A DNA stretch of 64,000 nt from Alphaproteobacteria bacterium. Lineage in GTDB: Bacteria; Pseudomonadota; Alphaproteobacteria; UBA6615. Location of the stretch: assembly GCA_965248805.1 (NCBI GenBank), contig CBDFKJ010000008.1, positions 316,209 through 380,208 of the forward strand, in the 5' to 3' direction. The position numbers and the translations under genes were made by a program. Of the stretch, positions 43,108-52,306 are shown one piece after another. Within the stretch, counting starts at the first letter, position 1; each line of letters starts with the position of its first letter. The notes under the pieces are model-generated. The model did no database searches and was not told where the DNA came from. It saw only the letters and a list, made by a program, of their open reading frames with translations.

Positions 43108-46100
43108 CCGCCGCGGCTGCAGAGGACCGACGCGGGCCACACTGTGCGGACTTGGCGTTGGTGCAGTGGTGGGCGAGCGCGGATTATGGCTTCGGCGGGT
43201 CTCGGGTTGCTTGTGTGGCTTCGGAGTGATCGCCCCCGAGCCGGGCGAGCAACGCATCGCTCTCAACCAAATCGGGGCACTGAAACCCCTCGGTAAAAGG
43301 CTGGCGTGCGTTCGCGAGCATTTCGCGTGCCGCTGGCTGCAGGTTCCTGCGCTCCCACAAGCGCGCCAAGCTCAGGGCCGCGCGTAGCTCCATCGACCGC
43401 GCACGCAGCGATCGTGCGATCTCCAAGGACTTGCAATAACTGTCCTCGGCAGCGCCTTCCGCACCGCTGGACATGAGCAACTGACCGCGAAGACGATGAA
43501 GCTCTGCACTCCAGAAGCGTTCGCCCTTGCTCTCAATCATCGTCACCGCCACGTCCAAGGGCGCCAGACCGTCATCGGCGCGGCCGGCCGCGGCGAGTGC
43601 CTCGGCCAGCATGCCGAGGTACATCGGCACGCCGAGCCGGGCGCCGGTTTGCTGCCAGCGCGCGAGACCATCGCGAATTTGTTCGATACCCGCATCGGCG
43701 TCGCCTTCGAGCGCCGTGGCCCAGCCGGAGACAACGCCGGCCGTCGCCATCCAAAACGGAAAGCGCTGCTGGCGGCACAGCTCGATGCACTGATCGGCCA
43801 ACGCCTTCGCCTGCGCCGGCTCGCGCCGCGACACCCGCAGCATCGCCGCGAATAACAGCGCCGCGGCTTGCGTATGTGGCTGGCGCAGGTCTTGGCTCAG
43901 CCGCACGGCGTCGTCAAGCAACGCAACCGCCCGCTCCGGGTAGCCGAGATACCATTCGCTCCAACCCAGATAGATGCGTCCGCTGGTGCCCGGGTCCTGG
44001 GCAAGCGCCACGGCAAGATGCCCATGGCGTTCGCGGTCATAGGTGTCGACCACGCGTTGCATGTAGGAGCGGGTCTCCAAGAACCGTCCTTGGAAGAACA
44101 GGCAGGTGCCCAATACGCGATCGGCCTCGAATTGGAATACTTCGTCGCCCGCACTCTTGGCGTGGCGCGACAACTCGCCCGCGAGTTCGGTCGCCTGCAG
44201 GATCTCGCCGCGCGTCAAATGGAACAGGAACAGGCCGCGCAGGGCCCGGAACTGTGCCATTCCATCGCCGTCGTTGCGGCACATGTTACGTGCGCGCGCG
44301 AACACGGCCTCGACGTCGCTTGAGGCGCAACCCTTGCTGGCCATGAGAATGGGACCCAGCGCCGACAGGACCGTCAGTTCCAAGTCGTTGCGCGCCACAC
44401 GATCGGAGACCTGCGGGAGCAGTTGTCTTGCTTTCTCCAGGAGGTCGGCGGCCAGTGTGACTGCAGATCGCTCGCTGGCACGTTGCCCAGCTATCAACCA
44501 ATAGCGCACCGCCTCGACCGGCTGCTGGGCTTCGGTGAAGTGATGTGCAACGCGTGCCGGCTCGGCCGCGGCGAGTGACGGGAAACGGTCTACGAGCGCG
44601 GTCGCGACGCGGTTGTGAATGCGTCGGCGCTTACTGCGCAGCAAAGACTGTTCCGCAGCATCGCGCACCAGCGCGTGCTTAAACTCGTAGAAGGGCTTCG
44701 GAGACGTCCTCGCGGCGGAAGATCAGGCCGGCTTGTTCCAACCCGGACAAGGCCCCGACCAGAGCTTCCCGATCAAGATCGGTCGCCGCAGCCAACAGTT
44801 CCAGCGAAAAACTGCGACCGATCGTTGCGGCGATCTGTGCCACCTCCTTCACCGGCGCCGGCCGGTCGAGGCGGGCCATCAGGGAATCATGCAACGTCGC
44901 CGGTATCGCCGCCGGCGGCAGGGGGGCGTGCAACCGCAATGCGCCGCCGTCCTCTTTCAGATAGCCGGCGTCCAGGATCATCTGAGTGAGTTCCTCGACG
45001 AACAGCGGAACGCCATCGGTGCGGTCGACGATCGGGCCCAAGACTTCTGCCGGTAACTCGCGGCGCCCGGCGACTTCGCGCGCCAGCGCCATGGTCTCAT
45101 CGGCGCTCAATCGCGTCAGGCTCAATCGCTTGATATGGGGTTCATCCGGCCAGTGCGGCGTATGATCCGGGCGATAAGTGATCACGACCAGCATCGGTAC
45201 TTCGCGTGTGCGCGCGACCAGGCGGCCCAGGTATTCCAGTGTTGCCGGATCGATCCAATGCACATCCTCGCAAATCACCAGCACCAGGCAGGCCTTGGTG
45301 CGGTCGACAACGAGGTCGACCAGGATGTCGAGGGTCGCTTCCTTGGTGCGCTGCGCGCTGTCGGTCTGGGCGGCGGGCCGGCCAGGCGCGCGCAGCGATA
45401 ACAGCGATCCCAGGACCGGCAAGGCGGAATCGGCCGCCGGCCCCAGCAGACTGCGCAGCTTTTCGTAGCGGACTTCGTCCCGATCCGCATTCGAGATGCC
45501 GGCAGCGCGTTGAAACTGGCGGATGACCGGCTGCAGGGCGCCGCTCTGGTACATCGGACAACGGTAGTAGCGCAGCGTCGCGCCGTCGGTGCGCCGCTGA
45601 CTCTGACGCAGGATTTGCGTCAGGCGCGACTTTCCGATGCCCGGCTCGCCGGAGATCAGAACCGCATGGCCCGTTCCGTTGCAGGTTGAGGTCCACAACT
45701 GGCGCATGAGTTCGGCTTCGCCGGTTCGCCCGATCAACGGAACCAAGCCGCCGGCGTGCAGCGCCGCAAAACGGCTCTCGGCCTGTCCGGGCCCGACGAC
45801 CCGCCAAGCCGTGACCGGCGTCGGTGTAGGGGGACAAAAGTCTTTGAGAATTGCGAAGAGGTGCGAAGTGGTGCGAAGAGCTGCGACGAGGCCTTGTTAT
45901 TCAAAGGCTTGCGGCGCGGCGGCGATCGGATGGTCTAGAGACGAAAGTCTTTGTGAATCCGCCGTTCACCGGGCGTAAATGGCCTGGAAAAGATGATTTT
46001 CGGGCCGTTTCAGGGGCTGTTTATTGGGCGGTAAATTAAGGCCGTTTCGAGGGGTCTGAAATTGCCGCCCGTTTCCAGCATTGCGATCAGAGGCCCAATT

Positions 46101-46136
46101 TGCTACGCGAGGGGCAGTCGCAGCCCTCCAAGGCAC

Positions 46137-46247
46137 CTACTCTTTCAACGGTTCCAGTTTCTACGCACTTGTCGCAGGTCTCTATGTCGGGCCCGGTGGT
46201 AAGACTGCGCGCCCGTCGTCCATTGCCTTCAGAACGGAGCGCCACCT
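46137..46247 (-). pseudogene. degenerate second copy of the nuclease C-terminus (orphan tip relic)
   Basis: WRSVLKAMDDGR / SYHRARHRDLRQVRR aligns with WRAVIKATRDGR / TYHRADKEQLRRAER of the MuF tip; contains frameshifts. Confidence 0.65.
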
Positions 46248-46249
46248 CG

Positions 46250-46278
46250 TTGTAATCGCGCCAAGCCTGACCTAGAGT
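46250..46278 (+). promoter_or_regulatory. sigma70-type promoter TTGTAA-N17-TAGAGT, antisense to muF
   Basis: Exact 17-bp spacer; predicted +1 near 46285, just before the RNA fold. Confidence 0.6.
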
Positions 46279-46286
46279 GTGCCCCC

Positions 46287-46354
46287 GGCGCCTGAGTTCA
46301 CGGCTGGCCGGCCTTTCGAGGCCGCGGGGATGTTCCGACCCCCCAGGCGCCACC
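46287..46354 (+). ncRNA. candidate tRNA-like small RNA
   Basis: 8-bp terminal stem GGCGCCUG/CAGGCGCC followed by ACC, a GGCCU-UUCG-AGGCC hairpin and a GGGG-AUGUUCCGAC-CCCC T-arm-like hairpin. A covarying partial copy lies at 46109-46137. Confidence 0.55.
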
Positions 46355-46357
46355 TCT

Positions 46358-47548
46358 TTACGGCAGCGATCTCAAGCGCCTTTCCGCCCGGCGAAGCTGC
46401 TCCTTGTCTGCCCGGTGATAGGTGGCGAGGAAGGTTTTGCGTCCATCCCTGGTCGCCTTGATCACTGCCCTCCAGAGACGGCCATCATCGTCCAGGAATC
46501 CAATGGTGACGCGCTCGCCTTCCACGAACACTTCCCCCTCGTCGAATATTCGCTGGATACGGGCGTAGTCGCCGGGCGCGAGCTCGGGATGGCGGATGGT
46601 CTGCTTGGCGGCGGTCTCGCCGGAGAGGCGGACGGTGTGGGACCGGCCTCCGATGGCTTTTCTGATCGCTTTGGGCACGACCGCGACCGGCCAATCACCG
46701 TCGGAGGCACCGGAGAGATGGCGCGCGAACAGCGGTGTCCGCCAGGGCCGGCCGATGGCGGCCCTGGCCAACGCTTCAGGTGCGGTGTCGATCTTGGCGA
46801 TGAGGCGGTCGGCGGCGTCCCTGCCGGGGTTGATCCGCCCGACGTTGTGGGCGAAGCCGGGGTCGATGCCGGCTGGGACACGTTGGGTCTGTCCGGTGCG
46901 GCGGTTGACCCAGCGGCGGGTTTGTTGCGAGCCGGGCGGCGGGCCGGACGAGACCTTGTAGCCGTAGCGCTCGAGATCGTCGTCGGAGAGTTGCTGGACG
47001 ATGCAGCGGCAGCGCCAGCCGTTGGGCGGATAGTGAGTGTGCCAGAAGGGATGGTCGACGGGCAGCACGGTGCCGTGCCAGGCGGCATGCTGGGGCCTGG
47101 TGCGGGCGTCCCGGACAGCCACATAGCGCAGGTACGGCATCTGCTCCTTGAGGCGCTCGATGCCCTGCCAGCAGCCGTGGGCGTAGGCCATGCGGACGTT
47201 GGTGTCGAAAATGATGCGCAGGCGCCGCGGCGAGCCGAGTTGGACCATGCGGGTCTCGCCGGTGACCGGGTCGAGCATGGGCTGGCGGCCCCACCAGCCT
47301 TTCTTGCGCAGCGTGGGCTCGAGGTTGTCGCGGAACCAGTCGAAGGTCCGGCCGTCGGCAATCGCCGCGTCCATGGCCCCCCGGATGTCCTGGAGGATGT
47401 CGAGCTTCATGGCCTTGGCGACGGTGAAGCTCCTGACATGGGTGGCGGCGTCGGTATCGCGCCAGTCGAAGCCGACATGGAAGCCTTTGGCGCGGAAATG
47501 CTTGACGGCTTCCTCGGGCGGGATATCGAGGATCTCGGGCTCGGGCAC
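46358..47548 (-). CDS. Mu gpF-like minor head protein with C-terminal PBECR2-like nuclease domain
   Basis: FTVAKA, RRLRIIFDTN, HYPPNGWRCRC and DPGF, then an extension VRLS.ET..KQ..RHPEL...DY...WRAVIKAT.DG...LATYHR. Confidence 0.8.
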   Translation of the reverse strand: MPEPEILDIPPEEAVKHFRAKGFHVGFDWRDTDAATHVRSFTVAKAMKLDILQDIRGAMDAAIADGRTFDWFRDNLEPTLRKKGWWGRQPMLDPVTGETRMVQLGSPRRLRIIFDTNVRMAYAHGCWQGIERLKEQMPYLRYVAVRDARTRPQHAAWHGTVLPVDHPFWHTHYPPNGWRCRCIVQQLSDDDLERYGYKVSSGPPPGSQQTRRWVNRRTGQTQRVPAGIDPGFAHNVGRINPGRDAADRLIAKIDTAPEALARAAIGRPWRTPLFARHLSGASDGDWPVAVVPKAIRKAIGGRSHTVRLSGETAAKQTIRHPELAPGDYARIQRIFDEGEVFVEGERVTIGFLDDDGRLWRAVIKATRDGRKTFLATYHRADKEQLRRAERRLRSLP

Positions 47549-47554
47549 GGCGGA

Positions 47555-49009
47555 TCAGTCGTCGCCGGCGTCGTCATCCACCAGCCCGGCCTCACCGGAG
47601 AGCTCGGCCGAGAAGGCCGCGCGGTGGAGCTTGGTCGCCACCGGCGTCTCATCCATGCGGCCGTACAGGCCACCGAGGCCGTCGCGCACGTCCTGGAAGC
47701 CATCGGCATTGCGGATGGCATCGAGGACGGGCTCGATCATGGGCTCCATGAGGGGTTGCCAGCCGTCGAGCTCGGCGGCGAGCGCCCGGTCGATGGAATC
47801 GTCCCGGCCGGCTTCGGCAAAGGCGAACCGCTGCTCGGCGCTTGGCGCCGGCGCGTCCTCCCATTCGCCGCCGTAGGTGTCCTCGATGTAGCGCCGGGCC
47901 GGGCGCATCCCGCTCATGCGGGCGACGATCTCGTCGCGGGCGGCGCGGGCGCCCAGGTCCTCGGGCGGGGCGATCTCGCGCACGACGCGGGGACAGGCTG
48001 CGCCGGGATGGTTCCAATCGGTGAGCCAGCGGGCGACGGTGCGCTCGACGCCGGAGCAGATCATGCGCGACAGCGTGGCGACGCGTTCGTCACGCACCAG
48101 CTTCTGCACCTCGGCGGTGCCCTTCCACGGCCCCATCTCGGTGGTCGCGGTCTGCAACAGGACGGCCTCGACGATGAGGGCGTCCATGTATTTGCAGAAC
48201 TGGGCATGATCGCCGCCGCTGCGCCGGGTGGCCTCGAGGAACGTAATCTCCTGACCCTCTGGGATGGCGATGCCGGCACCCTGGGCCAACCGCTGGAGGG
48301 TCTCGAGGAGACGGTCGACCTCTTCGGTTGTCGCGTTGCGGCCGTGTTTGCCCATGGGCGTCGGGGTGCCGAACTTCTCGAGTGCCACGGCCCAGTGGCG
48401 GATGCCGTTGCGCTTCAGCCAGACCGGCCAGAAGCAGAGCCGGGCGGCGCCGGGCCCGTGGGCCTGGCCGCCGTGCTCGGCGGGCATGCGGGCGAGCCAG
48501 AACTTGGCCTCGGGCACCGGCGCGCCGCGAGGGTGGGTCCGGCTGATCAGGCGCAGGTCCCCGTCCGTGCCGAAGCGGAAGCGCTCGGGCGCACGGGTGC
48601 GGATGGCGGCGATCTCGACCCGGCCGCCGGCCGGTTGCCAGATGATCTCGGCCACCGAATAGCCGTACCAGACGGCGTGGGCCATCTCGCGGAAGGCGGT
48701 ATCGAAGTCGGCCGCCGCGAGCTGCTCGGCGAGGTCCTCGGCCGCCGCGGCATCGCGGCGCCCCGGCCCTCCCGGCTCGACGCGCCAGGGGATGGCCGAG
48801 ACCGCATCGAGCAGTTGGGCAAGGCTGGTGGCGGCCTTCTCGTCGCGCAGGGTCTCGCGCCAGGCCGCCGGCCCGCCGCGTAGAATGCTCTGTGGCGATC
48901 CCGTAGCGCCGATGAACGGCGAGAGCGCGGCATCGATGCCGCCGCCGGTGGCGGCGACCTCGCCGCGGGGCGGCCGCGCCGGGGTCTTTGATCTGCGGTT
49001 GCGCGCCAT
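47555..49009 (-). CDS. Mu gp29-like portal protein (DUF935)
   Basis: AVWYGYSVAEIIW, W...LEKFGTP and IPEG.EITFLE; sits between terminase and muF. Confidence 0.85.
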   Translation of the reverse strand: MARNRRSKTPARPPRGEVAATGGGIDAALSPFIGATGSPQSILRGGPAAWRETLRDEKAATSLAQLLDAVSAIPWRVEPGGPGRRDAAAAEDLAEQLAAADFDTAFREMAHAVWYGYSVAEIIWQPAGGRVEIAAIRTRAPERFRFGTDGDLRLISRTHPRGAPVPEAKFWLARMPAEHGGQAHGPGAARLCFWPVWLKRNGIRHWAVALEKFGTPTPMGKHGRNATTEEVDRLLETLQRLAQGAGIAIPEGQEITFLEATRRSGGDHAQFCKYMDALIVEAVLLQTATTEMGPWKGTAEVQKLVRDERVATLSRMICSGVERTVARWLTDWNHPGAACPRVVREIAPPEDLGARAARDEIVARMSGMRPARRYIEDTYGGEWEDAPAPSAEQRFAFAEAGRDDSIDRALAAELDGWQPLMEPMIEPVLDAIRNADGFQDVRDGLGGLYGRMDETPVATKLHRAAFSAELSGEAGLVDDDAGDD

Positions 49010-50427
49010 CAGTGCCAGCCGCTCCAGTCGGTGCCGCCGTTGACGATGTTGAGGCGCCGGTCGATGGCGTAGGCATCATTGTCGCCGCCGTAGGCGGCCA
49101 GCCCTGAGTAACGGCCATTGGTGGTGCGCGCGGTAAAGGGCCCGGTCGTATCGGCCGCCGCGGCGCAGGCCAAGGCAATGGCCCAGAAGCGGTCGGCATG
49201 GCCGTCGGTGGCGCTGCGTTCGGCGACAAGACGGGGGGCGCCGGTGGCGCCGGCCTCGGCGCGCACGCTGTGCAGGTCGCGCCTGAGCTCGTCATCGGCG
49301 GGAATGCGCAGGCGGCGGTCTTCCAGGACCTCGCGCAGAGCCGTGGCGACATCGAGCTTGCGGGGTGCGGACATCTGCACCCCCTCGACGTGCAGCCGGC
49401 CGTGCGTGTCCTGAAGGCGTTCGACCATCATCTCGCCCATGCCGGTCTGGTCGACCGCGATGCGCAGTGGCCGGTAGCGCCGATCGAGTGCGGCGACGAT
49501 CGCCTCCTGCTCGGAAAAGGTGATGTTGTGGCGAACCACCAGCTCGCGCAGCCAGAGCACGTCGCCCACCGTCTCGACCGCGGCGGCGACCCAGAGGTCG
49601 TGGCGGCGCGCGATGTCGATGCCGATATGGGCCGGACCGCCCGCATAGCCGTCGGGCGCTCCGGCACCGGTGTCTTCGGCGGCGCGGATCAGCTCCCAGG
49701 CGAGCCAGGCACCGGCACCGGCCGACGGTACGCAATCCAACTCCTCCGCCGCGCGGATGCCGTATCGGTGGCGGATCTCCGCCTCCCACACCGCCTCGGC
49801 CTCTGGTGACCAGTCCTGCCCCGTAACCGCACAGATGCGTTCGTACAGCCCCTCGGCGAGCGCCTGTCCCAAGGTGACCGTATGCAGGCTGCCGGAGGTC
49901 ACGCCGTCGCGGATATCGCGCACCAGCGCGGCAAACGGCGAGGCCTCGCCGTCATGGGTCGAGAGGACATGCACGCGGCCGCCCCACAGGCCGAAGGCCA
50001 GTGCGGCCTTGAGCACCTCGCCGAGGTCGTCGACGAAGGCGGCCTCGTCGATGACGGCGACATCGCCCGGCCGGCCCTTGGAGCGGAAGGCGCGCGGCGC
50101 CGCCCCTTCGATGGCGGCGCGGATCGCGGCCGCGGTATCGGCCGTGAGGCCGGCCTTGGTTGCAGCCTTGTCGGCGGCGTGGGCCGCTTCTCTCAGAACC
50201 TGACGGCGCTCGCGGCGGATCGAGATCGAGGCCCGCGCGACCTCGGCAAGGGCACGGGCGGCAGCAGTGATCTGCTTCATGTCGCCCCGTTCGGCGGCGA
50301 GCAGGAGATCGAAGATAAGGGTCTGCACTTGGCGCAAGGCGCCCTCGGCCAGGGCGCCGGCATCGTCAGGCGTGGCCGCCAGCAGGGTTTCCGCCTGCTC
50401 GGTGGCCAGACGGGTCTGCTCGATCCG
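49009..50427 (-). pseudogene. in-frame deletion fusion of DUF3486 (Mu gp27-like) remnant and terminase large subunit C-terminal part
   Basis: ..AGLTADTAAAIRAAIEG|APRAFRSKGRPGDVAVIDEAAF, GIDIARRHDL, DQTGMG and GHADRFWA; the terminase Walker A region is absent. Confidence 0.75.
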
Positions 50428-50429
50428 AG

Positions 50430-50603
50430 GTGCCGACCACGCTCGCGCGCGTCACCGATATCGACCTCACCCTGCAATCGGTCGGCGCCGGCTGGTCGTG
50501 GGTGCTCGACAACAAGAACGATCCCACCCGCATCAAGATCTTCGACGGCAGCGGCAATGCCGCCGACGCCACCGTCGACGCCGTCCTGCACGGCATCGCC
50601 TGA
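50430..50603 (+). pseudogene. 3' fragment of a probable tail protein gene
   Basis: Open frame ..IDLTLQSVGAGWSWVL..RIKIFDGSG..DATVDAVLHGIA* begins abruptly at the deletion junction. Confidence 0.45.
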
Positions 50604-50628
50604 CGCTCAAACGAAGGAGAGAGGCCCC

Positions 50629-51291
50629 ATGGCCTGGCCCACCGACGACCTCGCCACCGACCACTTCGATGCCGGCGCCGACAGCCCGGCCGACGCCCGG
50701 CCCGTGCTCAAGCGGGTGATCGACTACCTCAAGGCGATTATCGCGGCGCTGGGTGTCGCAGGCGGCATCTGCGAGCTCAACGCCAACGCCAAGGTGCCCG
50801 ACGGTCGCATCGGCCGCGGCGCCGCCGACGGCGTCGCGCCCCTCGACGCAGCGGGCAAGCTGCCCGTCACCCACCTGCCGGACGCCACCACCGACGCCGC
50901 CGGCGCCGTGCCGCTCGCAACCGATGCCGAGGCCGAGAACGCCTCCGGGACCGGCGTCCTCCAGGCCCGCCAGATCGCACTGCGCGCCGCGACCACAGGC
51001 CGGGCCGGCGCCGCCGAGCTTGCCACGACCGCGGAAGCGCTCTCCGGACAAGACCAGACGCGCGCCATGACACCCTCCGCCACCAAGGCGGCCATCGACG
51101 CCGCCATCGCCACCGTGCCCGGCGGTATTACAAACGTCCTTCTCGCGAACACGACCGGCCCCAACCAGGGACAAGGCAGCATTCTTGTTAAAACGACATA
51201 CGCGCTCCAAAGAAGCGTCAGTGGCGGAACCGTCACCGTCACCTTGGTCAAGACCAATCACTATGAAGAGGAAGACGATGATGGTGAGTGA
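50629..51291 (+). CDS. tail-fibre-like protein
   Basis: AAGGAG RBS and repeats ATTDAAGAVPLATDAEA / ATTGRAGAAELATTAEA...AMTP of phage tail-fibre type. Confidence 0.6.
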   Translation: MAWPTDDLATDHFDAGADSPADARPVLKRVIDYLKAIIAALGVAGGICELNANAKVPDGRIGRGAADGVAPLDAAGKLPVTHLPDATTDAAGAVPLATDAEAENASGTGVLQARQIALRAATTGRAGAAELATTAEALSGQDQTRAMTPSATKAAIDAAIATVPGGITNVLLANTTGPNQGQGSILVKTTYALQRSVSGGTVTVTLVKTNHYEEEDDDGE

Positions 51292-52306
51292 TCAGCCGCC
51301 AGGAGTGCCCTGCTATTTCGGCTCGTCGGCGAGATCGAAGCAGAAGAGCAATGCTATCGAACGCATGGTGGCAGGCGCGGCTAACCGGCATACCGAATTT
51401 CCAGCCTAAAACACGCCGGAAATCGGGGCGATTTTCCAGGCCATTTGCAAAGACTTTTGTCCCGATTCTGAAAGACTTTTGTCCGCTTACAGTCGGGAAA
51501 CCCTTCAGGCGACGTTCGCCCAAATTCTCATAGATGAAAACGCCGCCGGCCAGCCGCTTAGTGACCGATCCGATCACGACGGTGTCAGGCGCGGCTTCGG
51601 CTTGGAGCCGGGCGGCGCGGTGCGGCGTATCGCCCAAGACGGATGCCTCCGCGACACCACCGCCTGCCGCGTCGCCAACGACTACCAATCCGGTGGCGAT
51701 GCCTACACGAACGTGGACGCCGTCCCTGACATCCAGGCCGCGCACTGCCTCGACGATGTCCAGTCCGGTTTGGATAGCTCGCTCGGCATCGTCTTCGTGG
51801 GCACGCGTATAGCCGAAATAGGCGACGAAACCGTCTCCCAGGTACTGGGCGATCATGCCGTTGTGATCGGCCACGACATCTGCGCAGGCGCTGCGAAACT
51901 GCCGAATGACCGCGGCGAATTCCTCCGGGTCCATCGTGCTCACCAACTCGGTCGAATCGACCAAATCGCAAAACATCACGGTCAATTGGCGGCGCTCGGC
52001 CTCGGAGTCGCTGATACCGGCCAACGGTTGGGCCACCGCCAGCGGCGAGCCACAGTCGCCGCAATACTTGGCTGCCGGCGGGTTGGCCGCGCCGCAGGCA
52101 TGGCATTGGCGGGGTAACTGTGCGCCGCAGTTGGTGCAGAATCGTTTCGTCGATGGCGACGGTTCGCCGCAGCCGGGGCAGTTCATGTCCGCCGCTTCAT
52201 CGGTTGCGGCGTCGCCGGGCATGTCGGACGGCGAGCCGATCGGCCGACCGAGGCTCGGCAGGGTCGGTCGGCGATCGGAAGGCCGCTTTCCACTTTGGTC
52301 CCGGTC

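Larger units (their letters stand above)
45825..51491. mobile_element. internally deleted Mu-like transposable prophage (mini-Mu), 5,667 bp, no transposase
   Basis: Ends TGTAGGGGGACAAAAGTCTTT and AAAGACTTTTGTCCGCTTACA; 5-bp TSD GTCGG at 45820-45824 and 51492-51496; Mu-type head genes inside. Confidence 0.92.
43184..52222 (-). pseudogene. Zn-ribbon / class III adenylate-guanylate cyclase / AAA ATPase / TPR protein, split by the Mu-like element and frameshifted near 44690
   Basis: 5' part 52222-51492 has ERRQLTVMFCDLVDST and LGDG. 3' part 45824-43184 has GEPGIGKSRL, EDVHWID and FKHALVRD. Removing the element and one TSD restores KGFPTPVTAWRVV in frame. Confidence 0.9.

Noticed and set aside
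46087-46353. 88-aa ORF after muF as a protein immunity gene
   Set aside because: It crosses the RNA fold, the promoter and the out-of-frame nuclease relic, and has atypical codons. Considered unlikely but not formally excluded.
46287-46354. Canonical tRNA, or a simple intrinsic terminator of muF
   Set aside because: No anticodon/D-arm cloverleaf and it ends ACCT rather than CCA. It is multibranched, has no U-tract on the muF strand and has its own opposing promoter.
46277-48883. 868-aa + strand ORF
   Set aside because: Antisense shadow of muF and the portal gene in high-GC DNA; no recognisable motifs.
49882-51291. 469-aa ORF
   Set aside because: Only the part from ATG 50629, which has an RBS, looks real; the rest is antisense to the terminase or off-frame.
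50629-51291. Diversity-generating retroelement target
   Set aside because: No template repeat or reverse transcriptase in the window.
45825-51491. Tn7-like or CAST element
   Set aside because: The ends resemble Tn7, but the contents are Mu-type virion genes and no tns or cas genes or array are present.
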